DNA of 64,000 nt, taken from positions 1,697 to 65,696 of the forward strand of contig JACFMU010000003.1 of NCBI GenBank assembly GCA_019455225.1, in the 5' to 3' direction. The notes under the pieces are model-generated. The model had not been told where the DNA came from. It ran no database searches and was given only the letters and a program-made list of their open reading frames with translations. Positions 40,198 to 48,705 of the stretch are shown here, piece after piece (position 1 is the stretch's first letter; each line of letters opens with the position of its first letter). The position numbers were made by a program, and so were the translations under genes. Source of the stretch: Candidatus Hydrogenedentota bacterium. Lineage in GTDB: Bacteria; Hydrogenedentota; Hydrogenedentia; Hydrogenedentales; CAITNO01.

Positions 40198-42435
40198 TTG
40201 GGAATCAAGGGCGTGAAGAAAGACCAGGCCGCCGTCAAGCAGGTGTTCAAGGGGCGCCCGGACGCGTTTCGGCACATCATAGAAAAATACCAGCCCGTGG
40301 TGTGCGCCGTGGCCCTGGCGCAGAGCGGTCATGCGGTGGTGGCCGACAAGGCCGTGGTGGCCACGTTCAAGGCGGCCTTCGAGCGGCTCCAGTCCATCAC
40401 CGACGCGAAACGCCTTCCCCACTGGCTTTGCGCCCTCGCCCACAAGGAGGTGGAAATCCTGACGGGCAACCGGGGCCCGGACCTGTTGAAGCCCCGGGAC
40501 CGGGACCCCTCCGCGAAGCTGGCGGACCTCGTATGGCTTCAGAACGAGCTGGTGGAGCCGCTCTTCGAGGAGATGGGGCCGTTTTCCCTTCAGGAGCGCA
40601 AGGGGCTGCTTCTGAACGTGCTCTGCGGGGCGGACGCCGGGGAGATTGCCGCCTACCTGAAGATTGAGACCCGCGAGGCGCAGGAGGACCTGGCGCGCAC
40701 CCGGGAAAATGTCGAGAAAAAACTGCTCAAGGAAATCGCCGGGGCGCTGGCGCCTGAAATAAACAGCAAGGAGCGCATGGTGCACGTCATGCGCGAGGTC
40801 GCCGGGGAGAAGGCCGCGCTGAAGGCCGCCCGTGAAACCCGGCTGGGGCGCCAGCGGCACGCCCTGCTGCCCGCGCTGCTGGTGCTGGCCGCGGCGGCGG
40901 CGGTGGTGGCCATAGGCGGCCATTTCGCGTACCGCGTCTTCCTGCCAAACCCGCCCGCGCCCGGTGTCCGGACCGCCCAGCCCGCCACGGGGGACACCGC
41001 CGCCGGGCCCCCGGTACTGGAGGGGTCCGGGGTGCCCGAGACGCCCGTGGTGCTGCCGACCAATTATGTGCTGCGGGGCCGTGTGGGGGACAGCCGCTTT
41101 GGGGACGGCATTCCGGGTCTGGTCGTCTCGGCGGGTGAACTGCGGGCCGAGACGGACCCCTACGGCGCTTTCGAGATTCAGGGCGTGACCCGGGGCGAGC
41201 ATCAGGTCTCCATCGCCTGCGGGGGGGCGGAGATATCCACCGGGCACCGGCTGCACACGGAGCGGCGCAATCCCCGGATTGACATCCAGGTGGACGACAG
41301 GATATCGCTGCGGTTCAAACTGAACGGGCGTGTGACCGACGCGAACACGGGGCAGGCCATCCGCGACTTCGAGGTGGCCGCCTGCAAGGGCGCCCCCCAG
41401 ATGCTCCAGCCCTACCTGATTCGGGAATTCCGGGGCCAGTCCCACCCGGAGGGGCTGCTGCGCGAGCAGTTCCAGACCCTGGGCGAGTACACCGTGTATG
41501 TCCGGGCGACCGGCTACGCGGCCCTGCCGCTCACGTTCAGCATCACCGAGTCCTGGGACGACAACAGCCTTTTCGAGTTCCGCCTGTTCCGGGCGGCCAC
41601 CATTTCGGGGAAGGTCTACGGCCCGAACGAGCTCACCGTCTCCGGGGTGATGGTCATGCCCCGGCAGGGAACCCCCGAGGGCACCGGCAAGGGCGTCATC
41701 GAGTACATGCGCACGGACACGCGCGGCGAGTTCAACCTCCACGGGCTGCCCATCGGGGTGAACTGGCTGCTGCTGGACCACCGCACACATGGAACGGGCC
41801 GGGCCGTCGTGGTGACCGAGCCGGGCAAGGTGGCCGAGGTGAAAATTCAGCTTCCCCGGAAAGGCTCCCTCGCCGGGGACATCGTGGTGGCCGGGCGTCC
41901 CGCCAAGTTTGCCGACTTCCGCGTCTCCAACCCGTCCGTGCCGGGAAGCCGCACGGTCGAGCCCCTGTACAACGCCCCCGGCCAGTATGAGGTGCTGCGC
42001 CTGCCGCCCGGCGAGGTCACCGTGGTCGCGCGGGTGGCCCCCGAACCGGGAGCCCCCTGGTTTGACCGGGTCTTCGAGCAGAAGGGCGTGATTGATCAGG
42101 GACGGGTCTGCTGGATGGATTTCTACTACGCCCAGGGCCCGTTTTCACTCGCTGGCTCGGTGAGCAGGAGGGGCGCGGCGCCCCGTTCGGCCTTTGTGGA
42201 GGTGGCCCTGTTCCGGGGGGAGAACGCCGTTGACCGCCTGCTGCTGGACATCGGCTCCTCGGGCTCGTACCAGTGCGGCGGCCTTCCGTCCGGCAAGGGC
42301 GAGGTGACGGTGTACACCACCGACAAGGCCGTGTCCAAACAGGACTTCGCCGCCGCCAAGGGCGGCATGGAGCGATTCTCCAAGCCCTTCGAGTTTGTGG
42401 ACGCGCGGCAAATCCAACTGGACCTGGCATTCTGA
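40198..42435 (+). CDS. ECF-type sigma-70 factor (regions 2 and 4) fused to a transmembrane segment and an extracytoplasmic domain with carboxypeptidase-regulatory-like beta-sandwich repeats
   Basis: A TTG start is used. Sigma region 2 is FRHIIEKYQPVVCAVALAQSGHAVVADKAVVATFKAAF...WLCALAHKEV. Region 4 is LQERKGLLLNVLCGADAGEIAAYLKIETREAQEDLARTRENVEKKL. The TM segment is LLPALLVLAAAAAVVAIGGHFAY. Downstream are GRVTDANTGQAIRDFEV and ISGKVYGPNE CarbopepD_reg-like repeats. Confidence 0.65.
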   Translation: MGIKGVKKDQAAVKQVFKGRPDAFRHIIEKYQPVVCAVALAQSGHAVVADKAVVATFKAAFERLQSITDAKRLPHWLCALAHKEVEILTGNRGPDLLKPRDRDPSAKLADLVWLQNELVEPLFEEMGPFSLQERKGLLLNVLCGADAGEIAAYLKIETREAQEDLARTRENVEKKLLKEIAGALAPEINSKERMVHVMREVAGEKAALKAARETRLGRQRHALLPALLVLAAAAAVVAIGGHFAYRVFLPNPPAPGVRTAQPATGDTAAGPPVLEGSGVPETPVVLPTNYVLRGRVGDSRFGDGIPGLVVSAGELRAETDPYGAFEIQGVTRGEHQVSIACGGAEISTGHRLHTERRNPRIDIQVDDRISLRFKLNGRVTDANTGQAIRDFEVAACKGAPQMLQPYLIREFRGQSHPEGLLREQFQTLGEYTVYVRATGYAALPLTFSITESWDDNSLFEFRLFRAATISGKVYGPNELTVSGVMVMPRQGTPEGTGKGVIEYMRTDTRGEFNLHGLPIGVNWLLLDHRTHGTGRAVVVTEPGKVAEVKIQLPRKGSLAGDIVVAGRPAKFADFRVSNPSVPGSRTVEPLYNAPGQYEVLRLPPGEVTVVARVAPEPGAPWFDRVFEQKGVIDQGRVCWMDFYYAQGPFSLAGSVSRRGAAPRSAFVEVALFRGENAVDRLLLDIGSSGSYQCGGLPSGKGEVTVYTTDKAVSKQDFAAAKGGMERFSKPFEFVDARQIQLDLAF

Positions 42436-42523
42436 GCGGGGGGATGTTTTTTTGACGCGCCTCCGGGTCCGGGCGTATAGTCTTCAAGCGAACCCGGCCT
42501 GGCCACCGGCCCGGAGTACGCAG

Positions 42524-43126
42524 ATGATTGACGCACAGGTGCTCGTTCTAAACAGGTCCTGGGAGGCGGTCAACGTGACGCCCCTCAAGCGGGCGCTGTT
42601 GCTTCTCTTCCAGGGCCACGCGCGGGTGGTGCATCCCTCCGATTATGCCCTCTACGACTTCCCCTCCTGGTGCGCCCTGTCCCAGTTTGGCGATTCCCTG
42701 CCGGACAAGCGCTACATCCACACCCCGTCCATGCGCATCCGTCCGCCCGAGGTGATTGTGCTCACAGAGTTCAACGGCTGGGTGAGGCACGAGGTCCGCC
42801 TTTCCCGCCGCAACATTTTCCTGCGGGACCGGAATGTCTGCCAGTATTGCGGGAAGCGTTTCGGCAAGCCGGAGCTGACGATTGACCATGTGGTGCCCCG
42901 CTCGCGCGGCGGGCGCGACACCTGGTCCAACCTTGTGCTCGCGTGCATGCCCTGCAACCTCAAAAAGAGGGACCGCACGCCCGACGAGGCGCGCATGCCC
43001 CTGCTCCGGCGCCCCGCCGTGCCCCGCTGGCTCCCGAGGTTCGGCACGCAGATTCCACGCGAGGAGCTCATGACCTGGCAGCGCTTCGTGGACCTCGCCT
43101 ACTGGAACACGGAAATCGGGGAGTAG
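42524..43126 (+). CDS. HNH endonuclease family protein
   Basis: CQYCGKRFGKPELTIDHVVPRSRGGRDTWSNLVLACMPCNLKK is a canonical HNH/zinc-finger motif. Confidence 0.8.
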   Translation: MIDAQVLVLNRSWEAVNVTPLKRALLLLFQGHARVVHPSDYALYDFPSWCALSQFGDSLPDKRYIHTPSMRIRPPEVIVLTEFNGWVRHEVRLSRRNIFLRDRNVCQYCGKRFGKPELTIDHVVPRSRGGRDTWSNLVLACMPCNLKKRDRTPDEARMPLLRRPAVPRWLPRFGTQIPREELMTWQRFVDLAYWNTEIGE

Positions 43127-43151
43127 GGCCGGCCGCCACTGATGACCGCGT

Positions 43152-44147
43152 TCACGCCGGCGCAACCGCGTCTATGGCCGCGAGTTCCTCCCCCGTGAAT
43201 TCCAAATTCTCCAGCGCGGCCACGCACTCCTCAATCTGCTCGGGCGTCCGCGCGCCGATCAGCGCGCTGGTGACGCGCGGATCGCGCAGGGCCCAGGCGA
43301 CCGCCGTCTGGGCGAGGCTCTGGCCGCGTTTCAGGGCAATCTCATTTAACCGCCGCGCCCTGTCCACCTTTTCGGGCGTCACCTGCGCGGGCTGGAGAAA
43401 ACCGTCCGGGTCGGCGGCGCGGGACTGCGGCGGGATGGGATTCGCCGGGTCGAGATATTTTCCCGAGAGCAGCCCCTGCTCCAGGGGCGAGAAGACAATG
43501 ACCCCGGCGCCGTGCGCGGCCGTGTGCCCCAGCAGGTCCGCCTCTATCCACCGGTCCATCATGCTGTACCGGGGCTGGTGGATGGTGAGGGGCGCCCAGC
43601 CCCGTTCCCGGACCAGTTCGGCGGCCTCCTCGAACCGCGCGCCCCGGTAGTTGCTCACCCCCGCGTAGAGCGCCTTGCCCTGGCGCACCACGTGGTCCAG
43701 CGCGCCGATGGTCTCCTCCAGCGGCGTGTCCGGGTCGGGCCGGTGCGAATAGAAAATGTCCACATAGTCCAGCCCCATCCGGCGCAGGGACTGGTCCAGG
43801 CTCGCCACGAGGTATTTACGGCTGCCCCACTCGCCGTGGGGTCCCGGCCACATGCGGTACCCCGCCTTGGTCGAGATGATCAGCTCGTCCCGGTGCGCCG
43901 CGAAATCCTCGCGCAGTATCCGCCCGAAGCGTTCCTCCGCGCTGCCCGGCTCCGGGCCGTAGTTGTTCGCCAGGTCGAAATGGCACACGCCCAGGTCAAA
44001 GGCCGTGCGGAGCATGTCCCGGCAGTTCACATGGTCCGCGCGCGTGCCAAAATTGTGCCACAGGCCCAGGGACACGGCGGGAAGCATCAGCCCGCTGCGT
44101 CCGCAGCGGCGGTACTGCATCGTGGAATAGCGGTCCGGGTTGAACAT
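43152..44147 (-). CDS. Aldo/keto reductase (YghZ/Tas-like)
   Basis: GVCHFDLANNYGPEPGSAEERFG, DYVDIFYSHRPD and GVSNY are AKR motifs. An aggagacgc RBS is present. The start at 44147 is preferred. Confidence 0.85.
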   Translation of the reverse strand: MFNPDRYSTMQYRRCGRSGLMLPAVSLGLWHNFGTRADHVNCRDMLRTAFDLGVCHFDLANNYGPEPGSAEERFGRILREDFAAHRDELIISTKAGYRMWPGPHGEWGSRKYLVASLDQSLRRMGLDYVDIFYSHRPDPDTPLEETIGALDHVVRQGKALYAGVSNYRGARFEEAAELVRERGWAPLTIHQPRYSMMDRWIEADLLGHTAAHGAGVIVFSPLEQGLLSGKYLDPANPIPPQSRAADPDGFLQPAQVTPEKVDRARRLNEIALKRGQSLAQTAVAWALRDPRVTSALIGARTPEQIEECVAALENLEFTGEELAAIDAVAPA

Positions 44148-44266
44148 GGCGCGTCTCCTGTCAGTGTGAAGCCTGCGGGGGATCATAACGTTTTTTCGGG
44201 GCGGGGACAACGGACGCATGGCCGCCCCCACTGTAAGAGGAGCGGGACATGTGCATAAAAATAATA

Positions 44267-44302
44267 GGACCTATGGGACCCATGGGACGGATGGGACGGA
44301 TT
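44267..44302. repeat. Tandem 9-bp repeats (GGACNNATG) x4
   Basis: ggacctatg ggacccatg ggacggatg ggacggatt lies in the divergent intergenic region. Confidence 0.7.
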
Positions 44303-44367
44303 TTTCCGCGCCACCCCGCCTGTTATACTCTTCGCTGCTGTGAGTGAAACGACATGGAGCCTGAAAA

Positions 44368-45681
44368 ATGAATGGAACAAATCTCTCCGCGGGAATGCGG
44401 GCTGCGCGCGCGCTGGCACTGCTTCTTGCGCTAATCACGGGAGCAAACGCGATGGCGGAACTGTTTGCGGGCGCGGCCCGCGCCAGCATCACCCCTTTGG
44501 AGGCGGGTTTGGCCACCCAACTGGGCGGCTACGGGGAACGCGAGGGCAAGCCCGCCGAGGGGGTCCATGACACCATCTGGGGCAAGGCGCTGGTCTTCGA
44601 GCATGACGGGGTGAAGTCCGCCGTGCTCACCCTGGACGTGTGCCACCAGCCCTGGTGCCTGGTCGAGGAGACGGTGGCGAGGGCCGCCGTGCCCGGATTG
44701 GCCGCCGACCGTGTCCTCATGATTGCCAGCCACACCCATGCGGGCATCGAGGGCATGTCCATGGACCGGCGCAACATCGCCGGGAACCCGAACATCGGCA
44801 TCTTCGACGAGAAAGTCCTGGAATTTGTCACGGAGCGGCTGGCGGGCGCCCTGCGGGAGGCCGACGCGGACCTGAAACCGGTGACGGCGGGCGCGGCGGT
44901 CACCGCCCTGCCGGGAATGAACCGGAACCGGCGCGATGAAACCCTGCCCACCGACCAGGACATGACCATCCTGCGTTTTGACCGGGACGGGAAGCCCTGG
45001 ACCGTGCTGGTGAACTACACGGCCCACGGCACGATCATGACGGAGGAGATCATGCATATTTCCGGGGGCTGGCCCGGGGTGATGCAGCGGACCGTTGAGG
45101 CGCTGATGCCGGGCACAGCCTGCATGTACGCCAACGGCGCCGAGGGCGACGTGGCCCCCACCGGCTACACCGGCGGCAGCCGCTGGGAGATGGCGGAGCA
45201 GTACGGGCGGCGCGTGGGCATTCTCGCGGCGCGCCTGGCCGAAAGCATCGGGACCAGGCCTGTGGAAAAATTCGACCTGCGGACCCAATGGGTGGAGCTC
45301 CCGGCGCGGACCCCCTCGCCGGACTTCCTGAAAATCGCCGGGGACGAGTACAAGGTGACCGAGGAGATGCTGGGGATGCTGCTGGGTGTGCTGTTCCCGG
45401 ACCGCGCGCCCATGGGCCTTCTGCGCGTGGACGACTACGCCCTCATGACCTTTCCCGGAGAACCCATCACGGCCATCGGCCTGGCGGCCAAGGAAAGCAT
45501 GCGCGGGGCGGGCGTCCGCCTGCCCGCCGTGGCGGCGCTCACCAACGACCTCGTCGGCTACATCCTCACGGAGGAGGAGTACGCGAAGAGCGGCTACGAG
45601 GTGACCGCCTCCTTCTATGGTCCCGGACTCGGGAAAGTCTTCACGGACGCCGCCGGAAAACTGGCTGGAAGCATTCCCTGA
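44368..45681 (+). CDS. Neutral/alkaline ceramidase-like hydrolase (secreted)
   Basis: A signal peptide is present. GGYGEREGKPAEGVHDTIWGKALVFE...ASHTHAG and the DYALMTFPGEPITAIGL pattern match the ceramidase N-terminal domain family. Confidence 0.6.
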   Translation: MNGTNLSAGMRAARALALLLALITGANAMAELFAGAARASITPLEAGLATQLGGYGEREGKPAEGVHDTIWGKALVFEHDGVKSAVLTLDVCHQPWCLVEETVARAAVPGLAADRVLMIASHTHAGIEGMSMDRRNIAGNPNIGIFDEKVLEFVTERLAGALREADADLKPVTAGAAVTALPGMNRNRRDETLPTDQDMTILRFDRDGKPWTVLVNYTAHGTIMTEEIMHISGGWPGVMQRTVEALMPGTACMYANGAEGDVAPTGYTGGSRWEMAEQYGRRVGILAARLAESIGTRPVEKFDLRTQWVELPARTPSPDFLKIAGDEYKVTEEMLGMLLGVLFPDRAPMGLLRVDDYALMTFPGEPITAIGLAAKESMRGAGVRLPAVAALTNDLVGYILTEEEYAKSGYEVTASFYGPGLGKVFTDAAGKLAGSIP

Positions 45682-45925
45682 GCGGGGGCTGTAAAGGGTG
45701 TTTTCCAGGTTTCTGGGCATAAGTGGAGGGGACTGCCAACGACGCGGTTCATGGCCGTGGCACGAAGGAAGTGACTGTGTCCGCACCGGTGGCTGTACCC
45801 GGCCGTTGACACCAGATGCCTTTCGTGAGTGGGCACAGGCACCCGGCGCGAATTGGGATTGTTGACATGGCGTTGGGCCGTCGGCGCAACCGTTGCCAGT
45901 CCCCTTTCCCTGAGCGGGTCTTCCC

Positions 45926-47233
45926 TCACGCGCCGAAGCGCAGCAGGTGGTAGTTTTTCTTGCCCGTGCGCACGACGGCGAGCGTCTTGGTCAGCAGCGA
46001 CTGCGGGCCGAGCTTCTCGTCCTCGGCGTCCACGCGCCGGCTGTTGAGGTAGAGCCCGCCGTTTCTGATCATGCGGCGCCCCTCGCCCTTGCTGGGGAAA
46101 ACCCCCGCCTCGGCCAGCACGTCCAGCAGCGGCCGTTCCGCGCCGAGAATGTCCACGGGCAGCGCCGTGCTGGGCACGTCGCTGAAAATCTCCTCCAGCG
46201 TCCGCTCGTCCAGCCCGTTGAGGTCGCCGCCGAACATGGCCTCCGACGCGCGCCGCGCGTTCGCCAGCGCCTCCTCCCCGTGCACCAGCCGGGTGACCTC
46301 CTCGGCGAGGCGGCGCTGGGCCGCGCGCCTGTGGGGCTCCTCCGCAATCAGCCGGTCCAGTTCCATGATCTCGGATTTCGGCAGGAACGTGAAGAAGCGC
46401 AGGTACGCGCCCGTGTCCGCGTCCGCCTGGTTGATCCAGAACTGGTAGAACTTGTACGGCGAGGTGCGCTCCGGGTCAAGCCAGACATTGCCGCTTTCGG
46501 TCTTGCCGAACTTGGTCCCGTCCGCCTTGGTGACCAGTGGAAAGGTCATGCCGAAAGTCTCGGCGTCGCAGAGCCTGCGGCTGAGGTCCATGCCCGCCAC
46601 GATGTTGCCCCACTGGTCGCTGCCGCCGATTTGGAGGCGGCACCCGCGGGTCTTGTACAGGTGCATGAAGTCATAGGCCTGGAGCAGGCTGTACGAGAAC
46701 TCCGTGTAGGAGATGCCGTGGTCCCGGTCCTGGAGCCGGTTCTTCACGCTGTCCCGCGCGAGCATGGCGTTCACCGAAAAATGCTTGCCGATGTCGCGCA
46801 GAAAGTCCACCAGCGGCAGCCCGCAGAGCCAGTCCGCGTTGTTGATCATCACGGCGGCGCTTTCGCCCTCAAAATCGAGGAAATGCTCCAGTTGGGCGCG
46901 GATGCCCAGGGCGTTCGCCTCCACCTGTTCCTTCGTGAGCATGGCCCGCTCCTGGGCCTTGAAACTCGGGTCGCCGATGAGGCCCGTGCCGCCGCCGACC
47001 AGCGCGATGGGCCTGTGGCCCGCCCGCTGGAAATGGGCCATGCCCATGATGGGCAGCAGGCTGCCGATGTGCAGGCTGTCCGCCGTCGGGTCAAAGCCGC
47101 AGTAGAGGGTCATGGACCCCGCCTCCAGGGCCGCCTCCAGTTCGGGATGCGTGGTCTGGTGAACAAACCCCCGCCAGGTCAGTTCCTGAAACAGGGTGGT
47201 TTTCTCTTCGGATGCGCCGATGGTGTCTGACAT
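45926..47233 (-). CDS. tyrS: Tyrosine--tRNA ligase
   Basis: LYCGFDPTADSLHIGSLLPI is the HIGH motif region. KFGKTESG is the KMSKS motif. A C-terminal S4 domain is present. Confidence 0.95.
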   Translation of the reverse strand: MSDTIGASEEKTTLFQELTWRGFVHQTTHPELEAALEAGSMTLYCGFDPTADSLHIGSLLPIMGMAHFQRAGHRPIALVGGGTGLIGDPSFKAQERAMLTKEQVEANALGIRAQLEHFLDFEGESAAVMINNADWLCGLPLVDFLRDIGKHFSVNAMLARDSVKNRLQDRDHGISYTEFSYSLLQAYDFMHLYKTRGCRLQIGGSDQWGNIVAGMDLSRRLCDAETFGMTFPLVTKADGTKFGKTESGNVWLDPERTSPYKFYQFWINQADADTGAYLRFFTFLPKSEIMELDRLIAEEPHRRAAQRRLAEEVTRLVHGEEALANARRASEAMFGGDLNGLDERTLEEIFSDVPSTALPVDILGAERPLLDVLAEAGVFPSKGEGRRMIRNGGLYLNSRRVDAEDEKLGPQSLLTKTLAVVRTGKKNYHLLRFGA

Positions 47234-47533
47234 TGCCAGTGGGTCCTTGCCGGTTTGAATGGCCGCTCTAACCGCCGTCCTCTCCCTTCAGAAATGCGCG
47301 CCAAGGGGGCGTGGGAAAGGGGAAGGCGCGGGCACGGATAAAGGCCGCGGTCCGCGCGTCAGCGGACCGCATACAAACGACGGATGCCGGAAGCATCCGC
47401 GTCAAATCCCTTTATGGCAACTGCGGCGGTCATGGGCGAATGGTAGCAGATTCCCGCCGTGCCCGGCAAAAAAAGGGACTTCCACGCCGGGCACGGCGGG
47501 GTGGGTGCGGATTATTAAACGGGGAAGGGCGGT

Positions 47534-47698
47534 TCAGGCGCGCTTTTTCAGATGGGCCAGAACCATGTTTTTATACTCTTCGTCCAGGGCCTCGATCTGT
47601 TTGATCAATTCCTGGACCCGCTCCCATTCCCGCGCTTTGACAATATAGGGATTCTGGGGGCTGAGGGTTACCGCCGGATTCTTCTTTCCACGTGGCAT
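47534..47698 (-). CDS. Small hypothetical protein (54 aa), not in the ORF track
   Basis: MPRGKKNPAVTLSPQNPYIVKAREWERVQELIKQIEALDEEYKNMVLAHLKKRA is the translation. GGGAGA lies 10 nt upstream. GC3 is lower than in neighbouring genes. This is uncertain. Confidence 0.3.
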   Translation of the reverse strand: MPRGKKNPAVTLSPQNPYIVKAREWERVQELIKQIEALDEEYKNMVLAHLKKRA

Positions 47699-48229
47699 CT
47701 GCTGTTTCTCCCGCGTTTGCGCCCTGTTTGGTTCTAAACCGGCGCGGTTTATTCGTCCCCGCCCGGACTCCCCAGGCGGCTGTTTCTATATTGTGGCAAA
47801 GCCATGAGCCGCAGTATTCGGGAGAATTATACTTCATAAGCGAGGAAAAAAGAAATGTTTTTCGTGGCAGTCAGGCGATTGGCAGGGGTTGAAGTGGGTG
47901 TATTCAAAAAGCGGCCTAAAGTCGCGAAAAGGGGCACATAAAAAGGCCCCAACGCATGCGAAAACACTAGGTGAAATGCCCGATCGTCACCACCTGAAAG
48001 AGGTCTTGAAAAAAATGACCCAGTGAGGAAACGGTTCTTTTCCGCCATAAACCCGCCCCGCCCCCGTCATTATCGTAAAAGCGGCTTTCCAAAAACTCCG
48101 TCTTGCGCAACAGACACGATTTGCCACAACAAGCCCAACCCAGAGCCGTCATTCCCGCGAACGGGGCCTTCTAAAACGCAACGCCGTGCAATTCCCTTTA
48201 CTTTACCATCACACACCCCGCCCCGCCTC

Positions 48230-48328
48230 CGTCATTCCCGCGCACGCGGGAATCCAGTAATACCAAGGGTTTATGCCGATCCCGCATCTCTGGATTCCCG
48301 TTTTCACGGGAATGACGAAGGGACGGCT
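48230..48328. repeat. Double-hairpin repeat element (GTCATTCCCGCG family), copy 2, with a partial third copy at 48146-48172
   Basis: cgtcattcccgcgcacgcgggaatccagtaataccaagggtttatgccgatcccgcatctctggattcccgttttcacgggaatgacg is present. Confidence 0.75.
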
Positions 48329-48530
48329 TCTTGGTCTTCTTTTGAGTTGTGACCTTTTTGGAAAGCCCCTTTCTCGGGAATGAAATGGGTGGCATTTTTT
48401 AGGCGTTGAAGTGCCCATACTATGGGACATCTGACCCAGAACCCGGAGCGCGTTTCTTGAAAAACAACGGACATCACCTGCGGGTTTGAGGACTAAACGG
48501 GTTATAGCCCGACTGGTGCTTACCCATTCG

Positions 48531-48577
48531 GTCCATGTCGTCCATTTGGTCCATAGGGTCCATGTGGTTCATGGACA
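48531..48577. repeat. Tandem 9-bp repeats (GTCCATNNN) x5
   Basis: gtccatgtc gtccatttg gtccatagg gtccatgtg gttcatgga is present. It is the reverse-complement orientation of the ATGGAC arrays at 1941-1976 and 44267-44302. Confidence 0.75.
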
Positions 48578-48705
48578 GGCGCAAGAAACCCTGCCCCAAC
48601 CGCATTATTGCGGCTTTCCGGGAGTGCATATCCTTCGGTTATGCGTGTCTTATGTCCTGCCAAATCCTGTCGCAAACGGGCGGACTTTATATTCTGGGTC
48701 AGGGC

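Noticed and set aside
47700-48700. Possible tmRNA, RNase P RNA or SRP RNA in the 1-kb gene-free region
   Set aside because: I looked for hallmark strings (tmRNA tag or 3' CCA-acceptor region, RNase P GGAAAGTCCGGGCTCC, SRP helix GGAAGCAGCC) and found none. No ncRNA call is made without a covariance-model scan.
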